DNA of 32,000 bases from positions 780,001 to 812,000 of the forward strand of contig NC_002677.1 of the NCBI RefSeq assembly GCF_000195855.1, given 5' to 3'. Positions 1 through 13,576 of this stretch are shown here, piece by piece. The stretch is from Mycobacterium leprae TN (GTDB lineage: Bacteria > Actinomycetota > Actinomycetes > Mycobacteriales > Mycobacteriaceae). The translations under genes and the position numbers were made by a program. Under the pieces are notes generated by a model. The model was not told the origin of the DNA and ran no database searches. It was given only the letters and a program-made list of their open reading frames with translations. Every line of letters starts with the position of its first letter. Positions within the stretch are counted from its first letter, which is position 1.

Positions 1-1
1 G

Positions 2-127
2 CTGCAAGAGATTCAGGCGGTGATTGGCGCGGCTCGCGAAGCACAGAAAAAGGGTGATTTCGTCGCCTATGGTTCGGCGCTACAGCGGCTCGACGACGCC
101 ATCACTAAGTTCAACAGCACGAAGTAG
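2..127 (+). CDS. 3' end of UPF0182 family membrane protein (Rv3193c-like), truncated by window start
   Basis: Open frame LQEIQAVIGAAREAQKKGDFVAYGSALQRLDDAITKFNSTK* matches the recalled conserved C-terminus of mycobacterial UPF0182 proteins (GDFxAYGxALxRLDxAI). Confidence 0.8.
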   Translation: MQEIQAVIGAAREAQKKGDFVAYGSALQRLDDAITKFNSTK

Positions 128-283
128 GTAGTCCGTATCGGTTTTGCCGCGCCGCGAGCGGCGTGTCTGTACACCGGCACGCCGTAAACTCTGGGATTCT
201 GCGTGTGTTCGCCGTGCGTGCCACCGCTTCGGACAGGCGATTTGCTGACATTCGGCGGTGTTCGGTAACCTTGCATTTATCGA

Positions 284-360
284 CGCGGGGTGGAGCAGCT
301 CGGTAGCTCGCTGGGCTCATAACCCAGAGGTCGCAGGTTCGAATCCTGTCCCCGCTACCA
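284..360 (+). tRNA. Initiator tRNA-Met (CAT), 77 nt, CCA encoded
   Basis: Cloverleaf CGCGGGG...CCCCGCT-ACCA with anticodon loop CTCATAA, three G:C pairs in the anticodon stem (GGG/CCC), position 1:72 unpaired (C:T), and T-loop GGTTCGAATCC. Confidence 0.96.
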
Positions 361-1872
361 GGAAAATGGCCCTCGGAGACTTCTTCGAGAGCTATTTTCA
401 TGCTCGATGAGCACGCTTTGGACACATTAGCTAGACTTGTTAGTTGCCTGAGAAGTCTGTTTCGTGGGTTGGGTCCCACCCTTTCTTTGCTTATGATGAT
501 TGCGGTCCGCTGTGCCACGGTGTCTTCGTCATCGTTTGCCAAACGCGGTTTCCCAGAAATTCACCGCTAAAAGCTGTTCTCCTGGGGAGCTTTAGCACCC
601 GAATTGGCATGCCAGTAGCCGTTAGCCAGTCGGCGATCATCCGAAAGCAGGTCGGTGCCAAGGTGCTCGGCGAACGTCATGTATCTTGCGTCAGCGCAGG
701 TGACATTTGCCCGCAACCGCCCCGCACTTCGCTAAGAACAGTTCGTGTACCCAAGGCAGTCGTCCGGCAACGACGCCTATAGCGCTCGCCCGCGCAGCGG
801 GTCGGCGGGCAGTTCGACGTCAGCGGAGGTGTCGATGACGATCGGGTTCACACCTCGCCAGCGGCGCGCTTAGGCGAGGGGGTCAGCAACCCGGCCACCC
901 CGGGATCGACTGGTTTTTCCACCTGACGACGATCAAGCTAGGCGGTAGAACGACTCTGGCGTGATTTGATCATTGGGGTCGTGGACGACCACAGCCGGGT
1001 CCGACGGGATATCAGGGAAGCCCATCCACGAACTCCACCCTATCGAACTACACGAATGTGGCGGTAATACGATAATAATATAAATAGTAGTTTAGCCACA
1101 TACCCGGACACCTGTCGGGACCCGAGACTTCAGGTGTGTTTACCTGTACTCCCCCGGATTCACCTCCCTAGAGGGAAGAAGGATCATTCTGTGGCAGTAG
1201 TGTGCGGACCGTCGGTCGATGGAAGTGGGCCCGGCTTGTGGCTTGCGATGTCGGTTATTTTGCTGTCACTCCCAATCGTAGATCCCCGTCTTTCCGGAAT
1301 ATGCGCCCTAACTTGCCGGCGGGTTTGTCTACGCTTTTTATGATGTTGCCGTTGCTGCCGTCGACGGGAACGCCTAGCGAAAAAGGCAACGTTTGCTCGG
1401 AAGGAAAAAGTCACTTTCACGTCGAAGCCACCGCATTGACGCCAGTCCGGCAACAGGTTCGTCAGTTGTGTTTGGGCTGTGCTGCGCCACGAAAAGCTGT
1501 GACCGCAGCAATGATTTGCATCAAGTTGCTGGGGTCACGTGTGTCGGAGAATTGTGACGCGCGATAACTGAAGACGGCTTCGACGTTTTAGGCGTCCGGT
1601 GTGCTAGGGCGGGTGTTTGCCCAGCAAGTCGGGCGACCGATATGTCTTTGCATGTACCCCCTGTGATGTGGTTTTACGTTTGCTCTACTGTCAGGTTCTG
1701 GTCGCCGGTGATGTCCTTGGCGTCGCCGAGACCAGACAACAGCGGAGCTGTAGTACCCGGCCGCAACCGTGTCCGGCGCTGCGGTGGCGGTGTCGTGGTG
1801 GGAGCCACGGTGTTGTTCTAGGTGATGCCAGTTAGGGTTACCCACCCGACCAATGCGACGATGGCAAGGGTG

Positions 1873-1886
1873 ATATATATATATAT
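1873..1886. repeat. (AT)7 dinucleotide microsatellite
   Basis: Direct read: gtg-ATATATATATATAT-cgac. Confidence 0.9.
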
Positions 1887-3358
1887 CGACAGGGTCACCC
1901 TAACGAGAGCGCGGTCACGCTCGCCGGTGCGACTGGCTTCTTCGCTGCAGCTTCCACTTGGTTCTTGCTAGCTGCACGAACGCGCTTGCAGTTTCTCAAA
2001 GCTAGCGAACAAACTTGGCGCCATAGTCAACCGTTTGTATACTCGGTGCCTGCGTGCGGCTACTCATCGTGTGTCGATTGCGCTGCTTCGTGAGATGTTC
2101 GATCAATATGGTCGTCGACAAAATGCCGAGCTTGTAGAACACAGCTTGTAGAGCACTACGACCACCTCGAATTTTGATGTACTTCGATGGACTGACGCGT
2201 AGCTTCACCGAGTTCCGTGACAGTCGTCGTGATGATCTACTCCACCTCAATCATATACCCGATCGAATACGACGGTCCGGCATGGATCGGGGCTGCCGAC
2301 GAGGGGTTGTCGGCCGGATCTGGATTACTACGGCACACCTAGGCGAGAAGCTGGCCCGAATCGGGGTCGTACCCATTGCTGTCTACCGCAACGGACGAAT
2401 TCACCGGATCTGGGAGACGATCCGGCCAAGTTGGCGCGGTGTCGCCGTGTTCGAAAGTTACTGACAGCACAGCGTCAACGGCTCCATCGGCTCATCAGTT
2501 GAGTGGCAGAGCAATGACCACTGGAGCACAGTAGCGGGAGGTTGTTGCTGACGGCCCTGTTCGCTAGGTAAAGCTGGAGCGTGGAATGAAAATAGGTGCA
2601 GCGCGTATTGGGGTCGGTGGTCCGTGTAGTTGACGTTTTCCACTAGTTCTGTCAGCGGATTGCCTGTCTTGCCTTGAATCGACGACGCATAGCAGGCCGG
2701 CTTACGCTTTAGCTCGCCCACCGTCAGCCAGACACCAAGTCAGTCGGTCCTCGTCGTTGGCGCCGGGATAGCTGGCTGGGGGGCCGGAGATCGACACCGC
2801 CTGCTATTAAACCACGTCCATCATTGCCGCCAACAGCTCCCGACGCAACATCGGGGGACACGATTTCTAGCGTCTAACACCCTGTTACGGTACGGCTTGC
2901 GCTTGGACGGCTGTGCCGAATTGGCGCCGATTCGTGCCTTCGTTGTCGAAGTCAGGTTAAACTCGCGACTATCCAACGGGTAGCAATGCCGCCGCGTTCG
3001 AGAAGGAGCGGCAATGAAAGTTTATAGACTACCTCGGTGTAGCCCAAAATCAACCCTACAACCGACCTATTGCACGATGCGTTAACAACCGAGCCACGCC
3101 TTACCTGTCCACGCGGCACTCCACTAGTATACATAAGTGTTCAGGGTGACCGATGGTTACTACAACATAAATATGCTTAATACTAACACTCGGTTTCACC
3201 CGGGTGATCCGAGTGTGGTTGTGTCAGATCATCGACTCGGCCGCTGAATAATGGGTGATCGTGTTCGATCACCGCGGCCACGGACGTAGCGGTGTACCAT
3301 CGTGTGGTGCCTACAACCTCAAGCACCTTATTTCCAACTTCGATTCGGTGCTAGATAG

Positions 3359-3822
3359 GTGACCTTGACCCCGCACGAACGCGCGCTTCTAGCTGGGCAC
3401 TCGATGGGAGGCATTACCATTTTTACCTGGCCGGACTGCTACCGCGACAAGGTTCACCGGCTCGCTGACGCCGGAGCGGTGATCAACACCACGACCGGGG
3501 ATCGGGTGCGTAAGGCAAAACTAGCTATCGGTTTCCCCGCGAGTTGTCTTCGGCTTGAGCGGTGGTTGGCCGGGCTCTCGTAAATGCGCTCGTCGGGTTT
3601 ACGCTTCCTGGTGCTGTCAGCAGCATACCAAGTCGCTTTTTGTTGTGCTGCCGTCCTGGCCTGGGTGGTCTAACGATGCCGACGCTCATCGTCGGTAGTG
3701 CACACGATCGATTAACGCCGATCAGCCAGCCCTGCAGGATTGTCCGCACCGCGCCCGATGTGGTGGCCTTGCTGAGTTGCCCAGTGGGCATTGCTCGATG
3801 CTATAGCGACACAAAGAGGTAA
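3359..3822 (+). pseudogene. Alpha/beta hydrolase remnant (esterase or haloperoxidase-like)
   Basis: ORF 3359..3583 has the nucleophile elbow AGHSMGG plus AGAVINTTTGD. ORF 3562..3822 in another frame has the hydrolase C-terminal pattern MPTLIVGSAHDRLTP. The halves are frameshifted. Confidence 0.7.
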
Positions 3823-4019
3823 ACTGCTAGCTGTGTGCACTTGCCGCATCCGTGACCTGTCCACCGGTTGCAGCAGGCAATCTTAATACTAGCGTGGCGA
3901 TCTCGGCTGCTGATCGCTGGCCAGCCCAATGAATTGGTCCTGTCGGCTCGTGTAGCCACCACCCGGATCGTGTTCACGCCCCTATACTGCTACAGTTTTT
4001 TCTCTCGGAGCGAATTCCT

Positions 4020-5060
4020 CTGTGCTCCAACTAGTATCTGAATGGCCGAGAGAATTGAGTGGGTTGTCGCCAAATAGCGACGCCAAGCAGCGTAACGTGT
4101 TGCGGCGGCGTTGCTCGGTGGGTAGCGTGTCGAACACACGGGCGTCGGTGACATCCATCAGGATGCCCCGCCCTTCGCCTGGTGGGCTGACGTCGAAGGT
4201 GATGAATACCAGGCCGTCGTCGGACAGCGGCCCATGCCGGGGAAGATAATTCGTTGGGGCGCGCCAAAACAGCGTGGAATAAGCGGCGTAGGCCTTGCTG
4301 AGCCGGCCCTATGGTCAATGCTGAGCGAGCTTCGCGTAACTCGCGTGGTGGGAAACGGCGAAGTGAACTCGATGGTGGTGTGATGAGCCGGCGGTATGCC
4401 GACGATGATGAATCCGGCCTCGGTTTGTACGTCGTCGGCGGTGGCTGTCACGCCAGCATCGTGTCTGGCAATGCTATGAACCGGTGCGTTCAGTACAACG
4501 CGGTTACCGAGTTCAGCTGTTGTAGCTTCAGCAATCCGCTGTGTGCCATTGGGGAAAAGGCTCTGCTGGGCAACGTTCTTAGCGTTAAGTAGCTAGTCCA
4601 GATCGCCAGCCGTGTGTGTAGCACGTGGTGTGCAGCATAGACACGTCGTCGGGTTCACATCCTCATGTCACCCAGGGCCATGCCTGCTAGCAGGTCATGT
4701 TATGAAGTGGTGGCGTGCACCGATTGTAACCAGGAACCGAGGGAGAGGATGGCCGAGCTAGTACGCTCGCTGGGCATCCCAAGGTGCCGCTACCGGGACG
4801 TCGCGGACAATTTTGTCGAATTGCTAACGCAGCCGGACGATATCAAGCAGTCCGATTAACAACAACTTGGGGGATGCTGCTGTAGTTGGGGAACGTTCAG
4901 TCTTGCCAATGAATTAGGTGTTTGCGTCGCGGTAGGTTGAGGTGGTCGGGACCTGGAGCTCGGCCGCCAGTATGAGTGCGGCGTTTTGAGCTGGCTCGAC
5001 GAAAGCGACGCTCAGATCAGCGGGTAAGCCTGCAACACTGCCAATGAACAAGTGCCCACC
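4020..5060 (-). pseudogene. aofH: Flavin-containing amine oxidase remnant (Rv3170/aofH-like)
   Basis: Minus-frame fragments [65 protein letters not shown] and AALILAAELQVPTTSTYRD match recalled AofH segments, spread over several frames with stops. Confidence 0.72.
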
Positions 5061-5239
5061 CACCCGGTTGTGGCACTCCAAGACCAGTATCGTGGCCCAG
5101 ATGCGTCAGTTCGCGAGCCGCAGTCAGCCCGGCGAAAACCGCCACTCACTACGACAACACCAACAGTCCAAGGCGCAAGGCTTGGTACGAGTTCCAGTCA
5201 ACCGCATTTTACTGGCTTCGTACGGTGCGGTTTTATCGC

Positions 5240-7110
5240 ACGACAATCTCCGGCTTTCCGGGACTGTAGCACGAATCCCATCGTCGTCAGGCAGCGCGTT
5301 GAAAATCTTTACCGCTTTATATGGGCTCACGGACGTTACTGAGCGTGCTCGGGTGCTACGCGACGCTGTCGTGAGCAGCGTTGTCACTTTCGAATGATCG
5401 CATGACATCTTTGCTCCGTTGAGCTTGGTCGACGCAGTAGGAGGCTTCGATTTGCTGAAGAATGTTGCGATAGCGTTCCTAAGCAATCCAATTCACCTGG
5501 AGCATCACAGACTAACAATCACTAACTGCTCAGTGTCGTCCGGTTCATCCTCGACCTTGGTACCCAGGTTCGGCCACAGATCGAAAAGCGGTTCGGAGCC
5601 TAATTCGACCATCCGGTGACTAGCATGACCGAGATGATCGTGGTTTTGTGGGCGATCTTCGATGCGTGGCATTCTGGCGGTAGCTTGAACTTTTGCGGTG
5701 ATTACTACCGGAACACGCTGATGACGTCGGCTTTCCACCCAGTACCGAAAACCGTACCGGGCCGCCGCCGAGCACGTCGATGGTCTGTTGGTGATGTCGT
5801 TCGGCTCGAAGCATTTTTGCACCATGTCATGGTGCCTGCCGTGCGTGACGGCTTACTGGAAAGTGGTCTGTTAGGAAGATATTTCGCTGTCATTCTTGAA
5901 ATTTTTTGTCGGTTGGTGACATTGATTGGTGACGAGATGATGTAAACCATCGTGGCTTGCGGAACGCCCACTGATGTTGTTGCCCACATTCGCGGCCGGG
6001 TCGACGAGATCCCCGACACCGTGTGTGTAACAGCCCGCACTAATTGGGTTGAAAACACTAGCGTGATCATCGACGAGCTACGTGGCTGACCTCGTCAGGG
6101 TGACATCGTGAACTAGTCGGCGAAGCCGGACGGGTCGTGGCGGCCCAGAATGCCGTGTTCGTAGAGACCTCAGCCCTCTCCACCGGGATCCAGTTGCTGC
6201 TGTGGTACACCGCGCGGCGAACATATTGATGACGTAGAAATCGGATCGTGCGACGATTGCCTGATCGGTCATATCGTAAGTCAGCTGTTTGAAGCACTTC
6301 TCGCCCTTACACGTGTTGTACAGCTAATACGAATCGTCGCCATAGCCGCCAATGTGTGGATAGGTCTCTCTAGTTTGGACTCTACATAGAACCGGACTCC
6401 GGTGCTGTCGGCGCGGATCGCGTCGATTGTCGCTCCGGTGCTGGTGCAGGTGCTGGAACAGTAGTGGATGGTGACCCATGGCTAGTCTAGCTGCTCGACC
6501 CGGCTGTCGCTCCACACCTGAGCTCAGTCGTTAAGCGAACGAAAACCGTGTTTTCCTTTTTGGATGATCAGTACTACGAGTGAAGTCTTCGAATGTCATC
6601 GGCATGTACAGTAGCCACGTGCATTCGAACGTCGGTTCAGCGGTCCGTTTCTCCGGTTCGGGCTCACTGATTGGCCAGCTGCCCTAGTACCGGTCGCGGT
6701 TGTCAAGCTAGTTAGTGGAGTCAACCGTGATCTTTTGCTCATCGACGATAATCAGTCCGTTTCAACCGGATAGTTGGGGGAATTGCTTCGCTTTCAGGGT
6801 TAATCAGGTTTCCTGATCGCAGGATGTGTGACTGATCCTGTATGATATTCAATAGGATTTCACAGGTGAAATTTGTTGTAATGAAAATTTTTTCATTGAT
6901 TATGGACTGTAGTTCGTGCAGAGGATCGATGATCCCGATTCGGTAGTTGTTGACGCACTGGTGCAATCGATGAGCACGAACGCTTCTTGGACGCCGAGGT
7001 TGGGGATAGTAGCCGACGCTGTTGATCAAAAAGAGGCTCTCGGTGCGGGTCGTGAGCGTTGAAGTGGGATCAATCATAGAAGTTGAGGTCGGGAGAACCC
7101 AGCCACGTGG
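5240..7110 (-). pseudogene. Degenerate region where an Rv3169-like gene is expected
   Basis: Position only: it lies between the aofH-like and Rv3168-like remnants. Fragmentary ORFs of 60-127 aa give no confident domain match. Confidence 0.25.
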
Positions 7111-7158
7111 TCGGTTGGGCAACAGGATGATCTGGGAATGAGTCGATCAGTCCTAGCA

Positions 7159-8230
<1,072 letters not shown>

Positions 8231-8379
8231 CTGGGTCGGCGCGTTGCGAACGGAGCACTGAAGTCGGTCGATTGCCTCGACCCCCGGTTCGTTGGCCGTG
8301 GGGTTACCTTCATTAGTTGAGACTTATTTGCGGCAGTAACGCTACGATAAATAGCGTTAGGGAAGTAGACCCATCCGAC

Positions 8380-8960
8380 GTTGATAAGACCCGCGGTGTC
8401 GGCTGTCCGCGAGATCCGTGTATCGACTTTGCAATCCTGTCAGCCACTGCGGAACTGTTGGTGGAAAGCGGTTACTCGAATCTCAGCTTGGCTGCGGTCG
8501 TCAAACGCGCCAGCATCACGAAATCTACGTTGTACCGTCGATGGTGGAGTAAGGCCTAAGCTGGTGCACGAGGCGGCATTTTAACCGGGTGCTAGCCATG
8601 GCATGGATCCTGGTGGCTCACGGTGCGGCTGTAGGGTTTGGCTAGATATCGGTGGATCGCGCCGTTAAATTGTTGTCCATAATCAGGCCTGTCGGGATCT
8701 CCTTGGAGGAGTTCATCGGGGTGGTGGGCGCGGTTGATCTCGGGTGTGCCACTGCCTTTGTTCCCAGCCAAATCGCCCGTTGCCGGTGACATTGGTGCGC
8801 CACTTGCCTTGGCTCGCCAGGTAGTTTTGATGGCTTCAGCTGAAGAACAGCTTGTTCGCGTGCGTTCCGCACACCGTGGGACCAATTTGGTGAATAGTGG
8901 ACTTCGCTGTGAGAACGAGGCTCAAGGCAGTTGGGATGGGTGCAGCCTTGGTAGCGGGCG
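8380..8960 (+). pseudogene. TetR-family regulator remnant (Rv3167c-like)
   Basis: The helix-turn-helix region DFAILSATAELLVESGYSNLSLAAVVKRASITKSTLYRRWWSKA is followed after a frameshift by LVHEAAF*. The 3' boundary is approximate. Confidence 0.72.
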
Positions 8961-10076
8961 TAACAAATGAATTTCTGGTCGGCTGTGGCGATGACGGTGA
9001 TGGGATGACCGCGGTGTACCTTGAGCTGTCCGGAAGCTATAGTGTTTTTCAAGTTGAAGTTGAAGTGTGTCGTGGCAACGTTAAGCGGGTGTATGTTTGG
9101 TCGTGCGCTTCAGGCTGGGTGCTATCGGGTTTGGTGACAGCCGAGCTGCACGGCGGCTTGTTGGGTGGCTTCGAGGTATGCGACGCAGGCCTCGGGAGCT
9201 AGCAATCCAGCTAGTCGGGACATGCTGTCGGTATCCTTGCGCGGCAATGTGTAGTCCTCGACGGCGTGCTCGGTCGTTGTCGTCGAAGTGGCCAGCGGGA
9301 TTGAGGTAGTCCGCGATGCACTGACCTAACTCAGTGACGATAGCGGCGTAGAGTTAGGTCGCATGCGTTAATCAGCGTGCGCTCGGCGTCAGTCTCAGCT
9401 GCAAGTGAGGTGCACGACGGCAGTACATCCACCGCAGCGCATATCGCTCGGATGTGTTCTTCGCCGACTTCACCCTGCGTCCACCGCGGTGGCAAGTTTT
9501 GATCATTCTGGGAGACAACGGGGGACTGGTCAGCGACTGTCGTGGCCGGATTCGGGCCGTGAATTTGAAGCGGCGAATGCTTTTCTCTGGGTGTGATTCG
9601 CATTCGCGCCCACAGCACTTCACGCACCGTTGGTGTGCACTCGTTGCCGTCAGGTGGATCGGCGATATCAGCGAAAAATCGATATATCACTTCACATTTG
9701 GAGCTGTCCTGAGTCTCTAGTCGTTCGACGATGTGTATGGTGTATGCGGAAATTGTACCAACCACGTCGGGGCTGATGTCGCACAGCACGGCGTGCGTAG
9801 CATCGATAGTGTCGAGAGTAGCGCTGATCTGCACCTGTGTTTCCTTGGCGCTCGCGAATGGTCACATATCCCGGTGGTATGGAACCTCTTCGTCAGATCC
9901 ACATGCTTCGTGGGGCGTCACGCACGGCTTGTGGACGAAGTGGCAACTGTGGACAAACCGGTGGTGTTGCCGTCTTGCAATTCGCGGCCAATCCTGGTCG
10001 CATGTCTGGTCGAATCGCTGTCTGATGTGCCAGTATCAAGTAGGCTATGTTGAACTCAAAACGCAGGCTGCAGCGG

Positions 10077-10608
10077 TTGTAGGCGACCGGTGCGTGGTGT
10101 GCCAATGCCCTGTATCGACAAGCTGGCTAGGCGCGTTGTCGTCCTGATTGTGCTGCTGATCCTCGTTGCTGCGGCGTTGCTCGGGTATCTTCCGGTTCAC
10201 CCTCGCTAGTCACCTGTCGAGCTAGGCAGCAGCCTGACAGCGAGGATCTTGGTTGTAGCGGTCCTCGTTGCGATGGTCGCGCTGTATGGTGATCGTGTAG
10301 TTGCGGAAACCCTCGCTTTGGCAACCAGGGCTGGGGAGCTGTCCGATATCGATATGCATGGAGGTGGGACGACAAGACCGACCTGGAGCGTGTTACTGAA
10401 CGGACTCGCGGTGATCGTGGCCTGGTTGCTGATCGTGATATTGCTGGCCTGGTTATTCGCGCCACACAACGTCAATCCCTCGGCTTCTATAACGGATTCG
10501 AGTGTACCGCTGGTGGTGCAGGATACCGAAACGCCACCGAAGCAGCTTCAACACGATACCGGGGACATGGTGGGAATCCTTCGTGCAAGCGCGGTACCAA
10601 TGTTTTGA
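10077..10608 (+). pseudogene. Membrane protein remnant near the moxR locus (Rv3166c/Rv3165c position)
   Basis: Hydrophobic segments RVVVLIVLLILVAAALLGYLP, ILVVAVLVAMVALYGDRVVAETLALA and VLLNGLAVIVAWLLIVILLAWLFAP, with an in-frame stop after VHPR. Identity rests on position. Confidence 0.5.
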
Positions 10609-11329
10609 TTGTTGTCGCGGGTGCGGTTATCGGGCCGCGACGGCGGTGGCGCGCGGCTCAGATACCACGGCCGGTCTTCCTCACTGACGATAACGTCGCA
10701 TCCGTAACACTCACGAAGCATTCGGAATTATTGTTGCGAGCAGCCGAATTCGGCTTGGCCTAGATGTAGGACCTCACGTGAGAACCACGAGAGGCGATCA
10801 ACGTCTGTTACGTGGAGATGGAACGTGAACTTGCGCATGTTCTCGGAGATGTTCCCCAGGAATGCGGCACCTTGACCTAGGAATTCGATCGAAAAGTGGA
10901 TCATCATGCGCTGCATGATGATAACACTGTCCAGTTGGCGAACCTGTTCGAAGAAACACGGTTTATCTAGCATGTTATGAATGAGCGACATAGTGAGATA
11001 GCGGTCTAAGTGCTGCTGATAGTTTTTGTTGAGCTTCGGCGTCCACTATGAAATGGCTTATAGAAATAGGAATTTTACTGATCTCCTGAGTTGATCTGTT
11101 AGTACTGGTAGTGCGGGGTTGCCGGTTCGTTTTTGTGGGCGGCCGGTGTTGCTCTGGCCGTGGTGCTGCTCAATACGCCGGAAAAAATAGGACACGATGA
11201 CGAACCCAAGTTTGATAGGTAGCTTGACGATATGGGGATGGGTTACGCTGCTGGCTGTCCACTACTGAGACTACGATCTGTTGGTCTGAATCCATCTTTA
11301 CGGATTATGACCGCCATTTGCGTCCGACA

Positions 11330-12333
11330 CTGGTGTGCCGGTTAGAAACCACCACCGGACAAAGTTAGGACAAAGATCCGACGGAATTTCATACACGCAT
11401 GCTGCGTGCTTTTCGGTGCCGAACTGTGGGAATGGGCTAATTCAAATAACATCACGCGCACCGGGGATCACGAAACCGGACCCGTTCGTGCGACGCTTGA
11501 AGAAATTCTTCAGAGATTGGTGCAAGTATGACTGCTGTTATTTCATTTCGGGAAGACCACTGCGCACTGCGCGGCGGTGCTTGACTAAATCTAACGTGAT
11601 CTAACGTGCTGTGGTGGGCACGTACTACGTGCTCATTCTCATCTCAGTCCTAGCTCGATCTGCTGTCGGAAAATTTACTAGGTTTGACTATTTATGACAT
11701 GCAGTCTGGCCGCTTGGCGTTCCGTTCAGAATCCATTTTCACCAACCTGCTTCTTGCTAAAAAGATATTAGCCGAACATCGTGATAGAGTCAGCCGGTTC
11801 CGCTGGAGGTAGTGGCCGATGTGCAGGTGAGTGCAGAAGCGAAATCCATAAGCTGCAAATACTATTCATCTTTCTTTCTACCAATAATCCGATCTAGCAC
11901 TAGGATATCTATCCGTTACTGAAGGCACAGCTGGATAGGTTCGCTATGTAACTGGACCTGTGTGTGCCTCGCCGAATGCTGCGCGATCTCGATCTGCGCC
12001 GCTGCCTCGGACGCGGCTTTGCTAAGCTTAAGGTGAATAAAGGTGTGGACGTGCACGATCTGCTAGCCATGCGTGAATAGGTCAAGCAGCCGAGCGTGCA
12101 CGAAGACGTTTTGCACTACGTGGTGTCGCTGGCCACTGCTACCCGGAGCTATTCGCAAATATATTGTGGGTGCTAGCCTGCTAGTAGAAATCGATCTTGT
12201 CCAACTCAACCACGATCGTGCGTTGCTGTACTGCCGGGACTTGGTTATTATCGAATATATGAAAGCGCTCGCTATTACTTGCTATTACGGCTATTGCGTA
12301 TCGGATCACCTTGCACTCGAAGATGTGGTGTAA
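11330..12333 (+). pseudogene. moxR3: MoxR-family AAA+ ATPase remnant (Rv3164c/moxR3-like)
   Basis: C-terminal lid-like fragments VHEDVLHYVVSLATATRSYSQI and YCRDLVIIEYMKALAITCYYG, immediately upstream of a DUF58 remnant, which is the typical operon partner. The 5' limit is uncertain. Confidence 0.5.
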
Positions 12334-12429
12334 GAAAGTTTTAGGTTGCTGATCTCATCGGAGAACTGTTGCGGCGCTTACCTTTCCCTCAAAAGGCCAG
12401 ATAACCTTAGAGAACTGGATGATTTCGGT

Positions 12430-13560
12430 GTGACAGATAATTGTGCGGATGAATTACGTTGGTGATATTCCTTATTGGCAAGGATAATCTCTATCTGCGC
12501 TGGGGTTGCTCTGGCCATCGAAGTTATGGGCACACAAACTGGAGGCTGATTGCATTCGCTGCGCCGATATTAGGCATGCTATGCGCGATCAGCTTGCGGC
12601 TCCTGGTGCCTAAGAACTTAGGTTCACGGGGAGCACGGTTCTAAGCAATGCTTCGAAAATGAACAGGAGCGATTAACCATGTGGGCGAACCAAGAAAACA
12701 GCGTTGAATCCCGGTCATTCGCGGTATAACTTGCTGTTTTGTCCGTAACCGGAACTGGACTCGAAATTATCGATTTGCATTCGCATTAAGAGAAAATGTT
12801 TGCTGCAGTGACGGCACTCTGGATCCTATACCTATCCGATCCCGGGGAGATATCGTCGCTCGCGGTGGACTACTGACGGTAACGGGCCCCCTCGACGAGG
12901 CCTGCTTATGTAGTGTTTCTGCTCATACCGCCGCAGTACACGTTGATTTCGTGGATCGAGTTGTTCGATTGGCTGAGTGTCAGCCTCATCTGTTACATTG
13001 GCCCGGGTGTTGAGTATGCGGGCGACCAATTGCTTTCCGTGAAGTGGTCAGTGAGTGTGCGCCGTGGCCAACTGTACGTGACACAGCGATTCACTGATTG
13101 CGCTGCCAATGTGGTGGTGCTTATCGACATGTATCGGTAGTAGCTGGGTACGGAGATCGACGTCAACGAACGAGTTGTGCGCGGCGCAGTTCAGGTGGTG
13201 CAGGCTGTGCTGCGAAACGCGCTATCGCGCCGTGATCGTTGCACTCGGAGGTAACCACTCGCGGTGGCTGGGAGCGGATATCGAGCAGCGCCAGTTCTAT
13301 CGGGTGCTCGATATCGTGTTCAGTTCCTGCTATGGATTGGAAAAAGCTGGGACAATGGTTCTTCGTAATGCCTTTCCCGAGGGGGTGACGTTGTCGCGTT
13401 CTCTATGCTGCTCGGGTCTGAATTAGCTTAAGCGTTGATCGACTTCCGCAAGGGGGGCCATGTCGTGGTTGCTGTTGACGTGCTGTTCTGGCGAGAGGAT
13501 TATAGCCCGACCAGTTCTATGGGTGTGCTGCCCAACCTCCGGAATCCGATTTCGGTACTG
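12430..13560 (+). pseudogene. DUF58 domain protein remnant (Rv3163c-like)
   Basis: Fragments WRLIAFAAPILGMLCAISLR, YIGPGVEYAGDQLLSVKWSVSVRRGQLYVTQRFTDCAANVVVLIDMYR and VALGGNHSRWLGADIEQRQFYRVLD fit the DUF58 signature. They are broken by frameshifts and by the loss of residues between VEYA and GDQL. Confidence 0.8.
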
Positions 13561-13576
13561 TTACTCGGAAAGCAAT

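Noticed and set aside
111-542. 143-aa minus-strand ORF containing SGDRIRTCDLWVMSP
   Set aside because: It is the antisense read-through of the initiator tRNA (284-360). This phrase is a typical spurious annotation artefact.
9331-9834. 167-aa uninterrupted minus-strand ORF
   Set aside because: No domain, transmembrane pattern or start context was recognised. It lies in a decayed region with open frames on the opposite strand too, so its length alone is weak evidence.
10728-10991. 87-aa minus-strand ORF (IMQRMMIHFSIEFLGQGAAFLGNISENMRKFTFHLHVTDVDRLSWFSREVLHL)
   Set aside because: The composition is protein-like, but no family was recognised and the flanking remnants are on the opposite strand. 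It is too short and isolated to call a gene.
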